From positions 9,796,001-9,860,000 of the forward strand of contig JAWMAR010000023.1 in the NCBI GenBank assembly GCA_036785375.1: a DNA stretch of 64,000 nucleotides. Reading direction: 5' to 3'. The notes under the pieces were generated by a model, which saw only the letters and a program-made list of their open reading frames with translations, did not search any database and was not told where the DNA came from. Source of the stretch: Leucoraja ocellata (taxonomy: Eukaryota). Below, piece by piece: positions 40,701-53,603 of this stretch (position 1 is the first letter of the stretch; each line of letters starts with the position of its first letter). A program made the translations under genes and the position numbers.

Positions 40701-42136
40701 TTGTATTAAGAGATAATACAATAATTGTTACTTTTTTATTAGACAATCGTTGATTTTAAAATAGCTGTACAAACTACTAATATCGCCATGATGTGGAATG
40801 TATAAACCGTAAGCTTACTTTTACTGCTATGTGAACAGCTACCAGTTGTGCAGCCACAAGACTCAACTTCTTGCTGAGTAGAGACGTTTAGAGATATAGC
40901 GTGGAAACGGGCCCTACAGCCCACCGATTTTGCGCCGACCAGCGATCCCCGCACGCTAAGAGGCCCTAATACAGCGATAATGTCGCGGCTTTTAAAAAAT
41001 ATTTCGAAGGTCATTATTTCTTTCAATTACAACACCATAAAATTCCATGGCACTTTACTGGAGCATTATTGATTTGAAAACTGTCCGCCAAAGATGATAT
41101 CGCAGTACATGATCAAACGTTTAGACTGAGGTAGGCAAAAACAGTAAAGATAGATGTTTATGAATGAAATTCCACACCTTTGTCTAACTGACCTGAAAGT
41201 TTTGTGATCAGTAACAGAAAGATTAGTATCAGATAAATGTATGGTGCCATAATTGAAAGAATACTGAGATTTCAAACAAATTGTATGGTGAAGATGATTA
41301 GAAGGAGAAAGGCCATGGAAAGATTTAAAATTGAGGGCGTGAATTATAACATTGGGGCATTATTGAACTCAGAGCCAGGGTTAGTCAGCATGTATAAAGA
41401 TGATAGGTAAATGGCATGTGATGGTAGAAAGATCATGCTGTGCAGTGCAGTACTGTAAACTCTTGTTTATCCAGTATTTATGCATCTGGAGTTCTCATGT
41501 GACTGGCAAACATTTCTAAGAATATTAATCAGTGAATTTTGTTTCAAATGTTATGCAAAATAAGTGTGACCGTTTTTTTTGTGTGATTAGCAACAACATC
41601 CCCTGGTGCAGATTTTCTTTTTGCAATTTATTCAGTCTGTCATGGAACTTCAAGTTCTTCAAACCAGTAAAATCTCTTCAGCATCTTCTCTAAGGTCCAC
41701 CTACCTAATTTAAGATTTTTTTTTTTTTTTTTAAAGATGTAGCCTTTCATGATCTTAACTTCTTGAAGAAAAATAATTGTACTGATGCTGTTTACACGTA
41801 TATTTAGTTTTATTTCTTTATCCTTTAAATATTTGTAACATTCAAACACTGGTACTGCCCGTAATTTCATTTTTCAATGTAAATTGTAACTGAGATTAAA
41901 CCTGGGGGAATAGGATACATCCTGCTTCGAGGATAACTTCATGGCTTTCTTGAATCAGATTATTTTGGATCCAGTATTGTGTAATGAGACAGTTATTTAA
42001 TAATGTTTATAGTAAAATTACAAATTTTGAGAACAATGACTGAGATAAGCTTATTAATTTTCAACAAAGGCATTTACATAAATGTGCAGGACTTGGGAAA
42101 GTAAGTTAACAGCTAAATTAATAAAATGAAAGGCTA

Positions 42137-42527
42137 AAGGGCCTGTCCCATGAGCATGCGGCAAGCGTGACCTAACATGGGTCGCTTGAGCCGTACGGCC
42201 TCGCGGGGCCGGTCCCACTTCGATCGTCAGAGCCGTGTGGAGTTGTGCGGAGCTGGTCCTGACATTCGAAAAACTGACACTGTCCAAAAATGTCTACGCG
42301 GCAACGGCCTGCCGGCCCACAGCCGCATTGAGGCCGTACGCACCGCCTCGACGGGCGTGCGCAGCATCTCGGCGCCGTATGGAGCATCTTGATGGCGTAC
42401 GCCTAGCGCGGACTTCGCTCGAACTTCCCGTCAAATCGTACGGTGATCACTCGACCTCCGCATGGCCCCCGCTTCCGGTTTGGTCGTGCTTGCCGCATGC
42501 AGTCACATGCTCGTGGGACAGGCCCTT
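42137..42527. mobile_element. Non-autonomous DNA transposon (MITE), 391 bp
   Basis: TIRs AAGGGCCTGTCCCAYGAGCATG / CATGCTCGTGGGACAGGCCCTT, TA on both flanks, CpG-rich interior, no transposase. Confidence 0.85.
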
Positions 42528-45184
42528 TAGATAGTTAAACAATGACTAATACATTTATTGTTTCTAAACATAATCCCAACAATTACATACTTTCTTAAAG
42601 AATTAAAACTTTACTGGAACAAACTAATACAGGAAGTTAAGTTGAGGATAAAGAGGGTTTTAAAAATCTTTAAAAGGATTATCAGATGATGATGATGATA
42701 GAAAAAAAGAATATGAGTAAAATGGAATAGAAAAATAAAAATGGATTGTAAGAACGTTTACTAGTATGTAGAAAGGGTTTATAAAAATACACGTGTTCCT
42801 GCAAAATAATGCCAATAAATTATAAGAGCATTGAACAAATTTGTAATTCCCTTTGCAGCAGGGGGAAAACAGATTAATGGGAATTGTCGGGAATCAAGGT
42901 GAAATATATAGTTAAGGTGAATAAATCCATCAGCAGTAATGGCCATCATCTTAAGGCTTTTAGAAGAGTTAATATAATTATCTAAATTGCCCAGAATTCC
43001 TTTGTTTTGAGGATATCCCAGTGGATTTCAAAGTAATATATTATAAAAATATCTTGACAAAACTGGGACGTTCAGATCAGTTATCCTGTTTTCATGAGAT
43101 AAATAAAGATGAAAAACTTCAATTTATTTATGGCTGGGTAAATCATGATGTAATTAGGCAGATTAAATATGATTATAATGAAAATTAAATTATGATTGGT
43201 AAATTAACTTCAGAATGTTGAATATGATGATGGCTTAGAATAAATTACTGCCAAAATTCAGGGTTCATGGTAACAAAGTCTAAAAAGTGGCGAATGACAT
43301 ATTATTGAAAATGTATCGGTCATTTCTTGGGAGGCGGGGTATAATCAGTAGGTGGCAAAAGGATCATTGTTCAGCTTGATCCAATTATTCAAAATCCATA
43401 CAGTGAATGGATATGTATGTGAATTATATATATTTAAGTAAAATGGAAGTTCTCTTTTTGCATCTGTATATTCTCCAACCCCTCTTACAAAGTATTTAAA
43501 TCTATTTAAAACAAACAACTTATAATAAAAAACGTGCATTTGTAAAAGACACCAAGTGCTGGAGGAACTTAGCAGGTCAGGCAGCATTTCTGGAGAACAT
43601 GAATAGGTAATGTTTCGGGTAGAGGCACAATTGGTCTAATCTTTACAAAACAAATGCAGAGGCCATCAGAAAATATCATTTATAATGTTGTCAGGCGTTG
43701 TGCAAATATATTGTTGTAACTCTTTGTGTGTTTGGCACAAAATGCGAGCTTTTTGGCAGGTTGTAACTGTACTGGAATCAACATTAATCCTTGTAGATTT
43801 ACCTATTTATGCTGAATAGTTAACCAGATTCATATCAATGTGTTCAAAGCCCTTTATATCTGATAGGTAAACTGAAGACATTTTATTTAATAAATACTGA
43901 CTATAAGAGGCAAACTGAAGCTTTCACAAAGTTGGAAATTCGAAACTGAGTACAAATTCGTGATCTGTTTTTAACCCCCCCGCCCCCCCCCATGGATGCA
44001 TGGGTGTTTGATTACCCCTTTATATTTCTTTTGTAGGAAGATTGGAGTGTCTTTTTAATGAAGTTTCTTTGTGAAGATTAATTATGCATTTTTGACAAAT
44101 GTCTGCAGCAAATGCATTTTCATAAATAATGATTGAATTCCCTTTTAAAAAAAATAGCAAGGGAGCATTCAAGATTAGCTGATGCTTGTCATGTAAGAGG
44201 GTCCGTATCCTGTGTGTTTCTGCAACTCTTATGAGTATGTAGTAAGCCAGGAATACTTCTGCTTGCTATGGAATTATGACACTTCTTTCTTTGAAAGGAA
44301 CAACATTTTAATATTTTACATGAGTTTCGGTTTATCTGAATTTGGTGTGTTTAATGTTCCATTTATTACTGATTCGGGAACCAAATCGATTCACTGAGTC
44401 AGCTGCTGAGATACTCCAAACTGCGAGGTTTTCAAAAGGGCAGCTTGATCCCAGACTGCAAATACAACGTGCCAGAAACCTGAATCAGCAGAGTTGAACG
44501 TGTAGCCAATCCTCACAATAGCAATTTACTTTTAACACTTTGTGATCATTATTTTGGGACATATAATATATGTCACGTGTGTGTATTTGCTGATTTTCTT
44601 GGGGGGATTGAAAAATAGATTGTTTTTAACTCATAATGGATATTAGTAAAACCTGTAGGTGTTCAAAAATAAAGAATACATTTGCCTTGCCAGAACTTAG
44701 TTGGATAACCATTGTAGGATGCGTTCTGAAATGCATTGTTGCATTTTGTTTCATATGAACAAATTTACACTTTTGTCTCGATGAAAAATGAAGAAAATGT
44801 CTTGTTCCTTTTTCATGACATATGAATGAAGCCATTTTGGATTGAAACAATACCAATACATAAACAAAAATAATCAATATCTATATCAAACTTTATAGAT
44901 TACAGAATCTATCTATATGATATTTTAGCAGTGGTTTTGCTTATGAGGCATTCTGTTGTATTGAATAATTATTGTTAAGGCAGTTACATCATATATTTAA
45001 TAACTTTATATTGAAGTTGAGTGCTTGGGAGAGCAAGTTTGCAAAACTAGATTTATAAGTAGCACCAGATATGAGTAGAAAGGCATTTCAGGTGGACATC
45101 TATTTTTGTGTATATAGATAGTGGTGGTATTTATCATGATATGTAATCAGCAGAAGAACATCGATTAGGTAACCAGTCACATCT

Positions 45185-46040
45185 TCCCATCGTTACCCCT
45201 TTCCACCTTCTGCAGAGATCACTTCCTCCGCAACTCCTTGGTTCACTCTCCCCTTCCCACCCAAACTCTCCCATCGCCAGGTACTTTCCCCTGCAACCAC
45301 AAGAGATGTAACACCTGCCCCTATACCTCCTCCCACACTTTCATCCCAGCAGTCTTTCCAGGCGGGACAGTGATTCACGTGCAGCTCTTCTAACCTTATC
45401 TACTACCAATGTGGCCTCCTGCACCTCGTCAAGACGAAACATAGACCCAGCAACCGTTTTGTCGATCACTTGCCCTTGATTCACTAAAGCCTAAGCGATC
45501 TCCCGGTTGCTAACTATATTTAACTCCTCTTCACATTCCCATACTGACCTTTCTTTCCTGGGCCTCCTCCATTCCCAGAGTGAGGTCACACGGAAACTGG
45601 AGAAACAGCACCTCGTATTCCGCTTGGCTAACTTACAGCATTCTCCAATTTTAGGTAACTACAAGACCCTCCTTCCCTGCCCCGTGCACCACCTGGACTT
45701 GTACCCATTTCTCCCCTCCCCCTTCCTCCTACTTTTCTTTTTCTAGCTTCACAATTTGCAACTCTTCAATTATTTGTGCCTCACACCTTCTATGACCTTT
45801 GTCCACCATCTGCCTATCAATCAAACACACACACACGCTCTCTCTCTCTCTGTCTCTCTCTGTCTCTTGCCAGGTTTTGTCCTGCCCCTCCTCTATTGCA
45901 ACTTCCTCCACCCCCAATCAATCTCAAGAAGGATCCCAACCTGAAACATCACCTGTCCATGTTCTCTAGAGATGCTGTCTGACCTGCTCAGTTACTCCAG
46001 AATGTTATCTTTTTTGGTAAACCAGAATGTGCAGTTCCCT
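45185..46040 (+). mobile_element. Penelope-like element 3' fragment
   Basis: GTFPCNHKRCNTCP-like Cys motif, FNSSSHSHTDLSFLGLLHSQSEVTRKLEKQHLVFRL, pyrimidine-rich tail and terminal repeat. Confidence 0.75.
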
Positions 46041-46584
46041 GTAATCCATAGATGTGGTCATAAACTAAAAGTAGTAATTCAAATATGAACTGAGTGTTTC
46101 CAAGCAAATGAATATTGCAATATGCATTCTTAAAACCAGGAGAGTGTAGAACAATTCCTATCTCGGAGTCCTCCAGTTCACCATTGCATGACTGCTTTGT
46201 AAAAATCTTCAGTAATTTCTGGCTGATTGCCATGATACTTAATGCAAAAAGTCAGTTGCTTGTTGGCTTTTATAGTGTTGCAAAATAGTCTTCCAGCTGG
46301 TTTAGGTGTCAGCAGCCTGACGTGATTTGACCTTGCAGCTGCTTTGAGTATAATATAACAGCATGGCTGGCAATTGATGAGTATCTTGGATATCATTCAA
46401 TGAGGTGCAGAGTTGAATTGTATAGAGTAATCAACCCACTTCATTCTGTTTTCACATTTTTATTAATTGCACACACGAGTTTTAGTGATGGATCGATGTA
46501 AATTCATAACCGATAGGTTCGCATATTGTCATGAACCGACGAGAAACCTGTTCATTTGGAATACATCTATTCCAATACAATTAA

Positions 46585-46800
46585 TGTGCAGGAAAGAACT
46601 GCAGATGCTGGTTTAAATCGAAGGTAGACACAAAATGCTGGAGTAACTCAGCGGAACACACAAAATACTGGAGCAACGCAGCTGGATAAATAAATAATAA
46701 AAGTCTGAGGAAGGGTCTCGACCTGAAACGTCGTCCATTCCTTCTCTCCAGAGATGCTGCCTGTCCCACTGAGGTACTCCAGCGTTTTGTGTCTACACCC
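46585..46800. repeat. Inverted pair of Penelope-derived repeat fragments
   Basis: GTAGACACAAAATGCTGGAGTA at ~46623 and its reverse complement at ~46775-46797. Confidence 0.7.
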
Positions 46801-47825
46801 AATAAAATCAATGTTAGTTGAGCAGCCATTTGAAAAGCACGTGTAGCCTAGAAAATTCTGATATCAAATGATTTTGCTTCCATTGAGCATATTTTAAATT
46901 GAAATGTCTTCGAAACTGTCCGTAATACTAGTACAAATGTAAGCAGATATATTTGATACATTCTGATTTGTTTTGCATATTCTCAACAAATTAAAATACA
47001 ATTGGCTTTTAGTTTCAATTTTGCGCCTTCTGTCACGTTGAGAAACTTAATTTGCCTTAAAGTTATTTTGAAGTGACATGCCCTCTTCTCCAGTAACACA
47101 ACACACTTCTCGTAGTTGATCCAGAAAGCTTCTTGCATGAACATTCAAGTCAGTAAATCATATTTAAAACATGATTCAATACTTATATATTTTCCTATTA
47201 ATGTTAGATAATGCGTAATCTTACTTTATTTGGTGTTAATAATTACTTAGACTTGTTAATAGCACTGCACAAATTATTCTTCATATTTAGCATCCCATAC
47301 TGTCACACCTGCGGTTTTAAAACAATTAAGCTAAAAGATAGGAGAGAAAATTACGTGAATGGTAGAAATACAGAAATAAAAACATATTGAAAATATTCAC
47401 CAGATCAGGCAGCAATTCTTTGGAGAAGTAATTGAACTGGAATGTTAACTCTGTTACTGTCTCCATAGATGTATTACCTGCATCTGCAGTATTTTTAATT
47501 TTTAAATAAGATATATTCTCTTTCTCCAATAAGTTTGCGGCTTTCATAACAGAAATCAACGTTATAATGGAAGGTAACCCACAAGATTAACCTGAGTGAA
47601 TGATGTTGAATTTGTAAGTTATTTAAGTAAATACGCCACATTTTTGTCCAAATTCACACCTTCACAATTCATTCATCTTCCATGTGCTCCCTCTCGGTCC
47701 CTCCTCTCTGTGTGTAAGTTTAGCACCACAAATTCTGTTATTTTTCAGGAACTGGGCTTTGCGTAAAACGGCATTTATTGACCATCCTAATAAGCGAGTT
47801 CGGTATTCCGACTGCGCATGCCCAG

Positions 47826-48475
47826 GTCATGGGTCACTCGCGATAAACATTCTCGGCTGCTGTGCATACCTGCGTTTCGTCCGTGGTAGGGATCGGGCCC
47901 GGGTCTCTGGTGTTGCATGCGCTGTTGAGTTACTGCTGGGCCATCCCCGTCCCCTCCCGGGTGTCCCGTCCCTATCCGGGGGTGGCCGGGGATGTCCCTG
48001 GGCTGGCGGGGTGGCACAGAGGGGAAGCGTTCTTCTCCGGCTCGGCTCTGCCTGTTCTGCCGGGTTGACTGGCGGCCCTAGTCTAGCGGGGCGCCGCTCC
48101 TTTGCAGTGGCGGCCCGAGTTTACAGCCGGCGTGGAGGAGATGTGCTAGCTCAACTGCTCCAGGCCAGTGTCCCGTCAGTCCGGGGCTGTCGGTTAACCC
48201 GGCAGGATGGACGGAGTTGGGCTGGATTTGGCGCTTCTACTCCCCGCTGGCTGAGGGCCTGGGCTGCCACTGTGGGAGGCCGGTGTCCCATCGGTCCAGG
48301 GTCGGCCCAGGCGTCTCTGGCCGCCCCCGGCCGGGGATGGGGTGCTCGGGGAGGGGCGGTCAAGTGGCGGTTCGGCGGCGCCGGAGGCCCAGGTAGATCC
48401 TGGCTGCGGTGGGGCGCAGGTGTGTGTGTGTGTGCATATGGTTGCCGGGGGTGTTTATCGCGAGTGACTTTTGAC
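47826..48475 (+). other. Long G-U-rich fold-back (candidate structured RNA element) in SPEN intron 3
   Basis: Nested stems pair across the segment, e.g. 47833-47857/48444-48468, 47947-47973/48333-48359, 47976-47994/48312-48330, 48036-48079/48183-48226. See findings. Confidence 0.8.
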
Positions 48476-48974
48476 AAATCCCATGATTCCTTGCACTTTT
48501 TGGCATACCAAACTTGTTTATTGCCCTTGAAAAAGTAGCGATTAACTGCTTTTATGTCCGGGTATAGATGATCCACAGATAGATTGTGCAGGGAGGTTTA
48601 GTGTTTCGAATTGGCAATGACATATGACTTGCTTTATATTTCCAAGTCAGGATGTGGCATCCCTTGGAGATGAACCTGCTGATGTGGTGTTCCTGTGCAT
48701 TAGCTACTCTTATTTGGTAGCAAAGGTCACAAATTCAAGATGTGATGTTGTTGGAGCCTAGATGATATAATTGTAGCCACTGTATGCAAGTTGTGGAGGG
48801 ACTGAATGTTAGGTTGATGGCCTCTCAATTACGTGGTCATGGATGGTGTCTTGAGAATAGTTGTTGCTGTACTCATCCAGTTGTAAGCAGCTGCTTGTGA
48901 CTTTTAGATAGTAGAAAGGCTTTGGAGGGTACTAATCGGCTCCAGATCTAAACACAGACTTAGCAAGTCATGTT

Positions 48975-49910
48975 TATTTTCAGGTCGAGCTACAACAAGT
49001 CAACAACAGATGCTATCTCACTGACTCTACCTTTCACTCTGGGTCATCTGGATAATAGGAACACATACATCAGGCTGCTATTCATTGATTACAGCTCGGC
49101 ATTTAAAGCTATCGTCTACTCCAAACTCATGGCCTCTGTATCTCCATTGGCAACTGGATCCTTGACTGCTTCATTGCAGACCACAATCAGGATGATCAGT
49201 AACAAAATCTCCTCGCTGACTATCAGCACAGGTGCATCTCAAGGCTGCCTGCTTAGACCCATGTTCTACTCTCTTCACACCTGTGTCCATGTGGCCAGCA
49301 CAGCTCAATCAATATAATCAATCAATTCACTGATGACAGAGCTGTGCTTAGTCGAATCATGGGTGATGATGAGTCAGTGTACAGGAGAGAGATTGAACAC
49401 CTTGTTGAGTAGTGCTGCAACAATAACCTCTTGTTCAATGTCAACAAGACCAAAAACTAATCGCTGATGCCCGAAGAGGAGGTCAAGAGACCGCGCTCCA
49501 GTTTGCATTGATGGGTCGATGGTGGAGAGAATTAGCAGCTTCAGATTGCTCGGCATTAACGTCTCAAATAACTTGTCCAGGGCACGGCACTAAGATGTAA
49601 TCACCAAGAAAGTATGCCAGCGTCTCTACTTTCTTAGATGTTTAAAAAGATTCCGTACATCTCTGAATACTCTTAACAATCTTCTACAGTTGAACTGTTG
49701 AAAATACCCTGATTAATTGCACAGTAGCCTCTGATGGCAATTCCAACACATGGCAACACAAGAGGCTGCAGCAGGAGGCTGCGGGGAGTAGCGGACTCAT
49801 CCCGGCCAATCACGTTCACAGCCCAACAAGTGTGTGTGTGTGCATGGGATTTGTCAAAACCGTTCGCATCTAGAAGGTGGCATCTATTATCAAGGAACAG
49901 CACCCACAGG
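48975..49910 (+). mobile_element. Degenerate Rex1/Babar-like LINE RT fragment
   Basis: STTDAISLTL..HLDNRNTYIRLLFIDYSSAF, TGASQGCLL.P, FRLLGINVS motifs, with stops and frameshifts. Confidence 0.8.
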
Positions 49911-50584
49911 GACAAACCTAAACTGGACACAGATGACCAATTGTAACTTGATAGTGTGGTTGGTCATGTCTTGCATCATTTTGCCAATGATTAGACAATA
50001 GTTGCTCTTATTGTTTTTTTTCTACATTTTGTGGACAGGACATAACTGAGCAAATTTCTGCATTGTTGGGTAAATGTCAATTTTGTGACTACTGGGTCAA
50101 CTTGACATGGGCACGGCCTAATCTGCAGTGCTGGTCTTTAGTCCTATAGCTGGGATTTTATTTGGTCCCATAGCGTTTGCTCTATATGATACTTGCATTT
50201 ATTTCTTCATTTCAAGTGGTGTAAATCAATCTACCTTGAGAGCAGCTTCTGTGATGGTGGCAAACTGGGAGGAACAGAGATTATCTATTCAAGATGTGGC
50301 TGAACATGTTGCAAACTACTACTTTAGGTCTCGCATGTTGGGTTCTGCCATAGTTGAAAAAGGGAACTTTCTTGGAGCCGCCTCTTTCTGTTAGCTGTTT
50401 AATCGTTTACCATTACTCATGACAAGATGCCATCAGACTGCAGAGGTTTAATTTGATCCTCTGTGTTTTCCATGGTGCTTTAATTGGTCAGCACACAAGT
50501 ATTATTTTACTCACACCTTTTTATATAATCTCCCTTCTTATTAACAACTAGTTTTCTTTTTTGAAAGAACGGATTCACACAGTA

Positions 50585-50790
50585 TCACACAGGTGGTTGA
50601 GGCCAGTTCATTGGCTATATTTAAGAGGGAGTTAGATGTGGCCCTTGTGGCTAAAGGGATCAAGGGGTATGGAGAGAAGGCAGGGATGGGATACTGAGTT
50701 GGATGATCAGCCATGATCATATTGAATGGTGGTGCAGGTTTGAAGGGCCGAATGGCCTACTCCTGCACCTATTTTCTATGTTTCTATGTA
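50585..50790 (+). mobile_element. CR1 LINE 3' end
   Basis: Same 3' tail as other CR1 copies, ending in TTTCTATG repeats. Confidence 0.75.
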
Positions 50791-50924
50791 GTATAACAAC
50801 TTTTGTTGGGAATTTGTTTTATCCATAGTGTGTTTGGGACAGGTGCTTCACTGGCCTTCCAGTATTGTCATGTTTATCCAACTTCAATCTGTCATCACCA
50901 AGTCTATCTATTTATATCTATTGT

Positions 50925-51135
50925 GTGGGGAAAAAACTGCAGATGCTGGTTTAAATCTAAGGTAGACACAAAATGTTGGAGTAACCCAGCAGGACAGGCA
51001 GCATCTCTGGAGAGAAGGAATGGGTGATGTTTCGGGTTGAGGCCATTCAGTCTGAAGAAGGCTCTCGACCCAAAACATCACCCATTGCTTCTCTCCGGAG
51101 ATGCTGCCTGTCCCGCTGAGTTACTCCAACAATTT
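50925..51135. repeat. Palindromic pair of Penelope-derived repeats
   Basis: 50975-51130 is an imperfect inverted repeat. Confidence 0.8.
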
Positions 51136-51861
51136 ATATCTAGGTTTTCTAACTATGCTATAGATTCTAAAGTTTTTATTTGACTGAATGGAATATTTAT
51201 TTTAATCATTTAAAAACATTAAAAAAAAGTTGGAATTTTGGTCACTGAAATGTAATAAATTTGAATCCTTATAAAGGTGGTTGGCGACACCACATTGAGA
51301 CCAAAATATTAGTCACCAGCACTTATAGTTATCGTGATAGGAATTCATAAACTGTGCCGCAGTCTGTTATTTGTATTCCTTAAACACATTTTAGTATTGA
51401 TAAAGAGACATGATCATGCACTACAGAGTCCAACATTAGAAAGATATTCTACTGATTAACTAACATTGATGTGTAACATAGCAAGCTTTGTTATAAAGAA
51501 ATTGTTTATTGATTTATCACTGTTATAATATTTCAGTTCCACTTCAAAAACATATTTTCAGACTTTGCTGTGCACTTATAACAGCACAAACAAAATATTT
51601 GTATGTGAGTGAATGCATAACCTACTAAAGATCATTGTCGCTGCCACTATAAACCTGACTGTAAGATTCTTAAGTTAATTTTCATTTACAGCTTGGTATC
51701 TTTGGGAAAGTATGAGCTCTCTCCATAGCAACAAGAGATTGTAGATAGATATAAATATGCTGGATATTGTTTAATCTGCAGCCTTGATGGGAATGTGCTC
51801 AATTTTTCTGCCACGTGGAGTGTAGTCGGTCAGTTCTAACCGGTATTTGTATTTGTTGCAG

Positions 51862-52022
51862 TAGTGATTCAAGCAGCAGCTCCAGTGACGAGTCTCCAGC
51901 AAGATCCGTTCAGTCTGCTGCAGTCCCTGCACCACCAGTTCAACTCCCGACACCTGTGGAAAAGGATGAACCACGCAAAAGCTATGGAATCAAGGTCCAA
52001 AACTTGCCAGTCCGTTCTACTG
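51862..52022 (+). CDS. SPEN: SPEN exon 4 (Ser-rich end, start of RRM2)
   Basis: ttgcag|T acceptor (tandem CAGTAG); SDSSSSSSDESPARSVQSAAVPAP...KSYGIKVQNLPVRST; donor G|gtgagt; 161 nt. Confidence 0.95.
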
Positions 52023-53402
52023 GTGAGTGAACACGCCATTTGGTGCACTAATGTTTCTTTCAGATTGCCATCGTGTTCTAGAAAGTATTGGATTAGTTTG
52101 GGGGAATTGCCTGGCACCCAGCAACAAGTACGCTTTTTTTTGTTTTTTAAAACAATATTGGATTTTAGAAAATAGTAGAAAAGCTATGTTCGGAAACCAA
52201 TTTGATCCATTTTTGTGAAACCTCTAGTGTACAATTCCATCACAAAATATAAAGGCATTGTAACCGCAGGGAAGTTCTGGGGTTTTAAATCGTGTGCATT
52301 TCTATTTGATTTAAATTAGCAGATAGCAACTTCTCTCTGATATCTTAATTTATTTGTGGAATAATAGTTGGAAGTTACCTGGCTGCAGTCAGTTACCTCT
52401 GGTGTGCCGGTACTAGATAGAATCTTGGACATTGATGGGATTGGTGTGAATGGGCCCCTTTTTTATAACTGAAACCAGATGTTATAGAAGTTTTACTTGG
52501 AATTAAAGTTATGTAATAATTAGTGGTAAATGCCTAGAATTCCAGACTTGAGATGTTTACTGCATAGTTGAGTGCTCCGCTTTGATTTCACAACATTATT
52601 GGTTTCTTCATATTGTATCTTGTTTTAAAGAGGTTTAAATCATTTGAAATGCTTTACTTGGGAGGTTTTTATTATTATTACAAAAGTTCATGAATAAATG
52701 AAAATTACAAATACTGGTGTAACAACCATGTATAGAAGTTAGAATAAAGCTGATGATTGTTTCTAAACAGCAAGAGAATGTAAAAGAAACTGTCACGCTT
52801 TGCTTAATTTAGGAATAACATCTAGTGCCATAATCCATTTAAAATAAATTGCAAATATAGAATTACAATTTCTTTTTGAATCATTATTGCAATTTAACTC
52901 TATGCATTTCACCAAATGTTGTTTCCTACTTCAGTTAGTAATATCAGAGTTATGCAGCACAGAAACAGGTCCTTTGGCCCATCTTGTCCGTGCTGACCAA
53001 GTTGGCATATTAGGTTTGTCCCTTTTGCCTGAATTTGACCCGTAACCTTCTGAACCCTTCCTATCCATATACCCAACACCCCACTCCATTTGATTTTGTA
53101 GGGGTTTTAATGTTTACCAGCAGCATGACCTGCGCCCTCCATACTTTTAGATAATTTTGTTTGCTCTAATCTAAGAACCGCAGAACGCCAGGAATATTTA
53201 CCATTCCAAATCAGAAGAGCATGACTGATGAAGGCAGCTATAAAATTGGAGATTGTTAATTGTCTTGGCATCATGTTCGACACAGACATTGTGGGCCGAA
53301 GAGCGAGTTCCTGTGTTGTACTAAACTATGTTCTAACTAAAGAAATTATACTTTGCATCATGTGAACAACTATGTACTGAAGATGTTGATTTTTGCATTT
53401 AG

Positions 53403-53603
53403 ACACAAGCCTTAAAGATGGTCTGTTCCATGAATTTAAGAAGTATGGGAAGGTAACATCTGTGCAGATCCATGGTGCTTCTGAAGAGCGCTATGGCCTT
53501 GTTTTCTTTCGACAACAAGAAGATCAGGAGAAAGCTATGAATGCGTCTAAGGGGAAGTTATTTTTTGGCATGCAGATTGAAGTCACTGCTTGGACTGGCC
53601 CAG
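53403..53603 (+). CDS. SPEN: SPEN exon 5 (RRM2)
   Basis: tttag|AC acceptor; DTSLKDGLFHEFKKYGKVTSVQIHGASEERYGLVFFRQQEDQEKA...AWTGP; donor G|gtaggt; 201 nt. Confidence 0.97.

Noticed and set aside
47864-48294. ATACCTGC and CCCATCGG 8-mers resembling parts of the Xist A-repeat unit
   Set aside because: Two separated 8-mers in GC-rich sequence are plausible by chance, and Xist is eutherian-specific. Not treated as homology.
47684-48576. 284-aa (+) and 141-aa (-) ORFs over the GC-rich intronic island
   Set aside because: Low-complexity G/A/R/P-rich translations with no recognisable domain. Few stops are expected in GC-rich, A-poor sequence, and the fold-back explains the region better.
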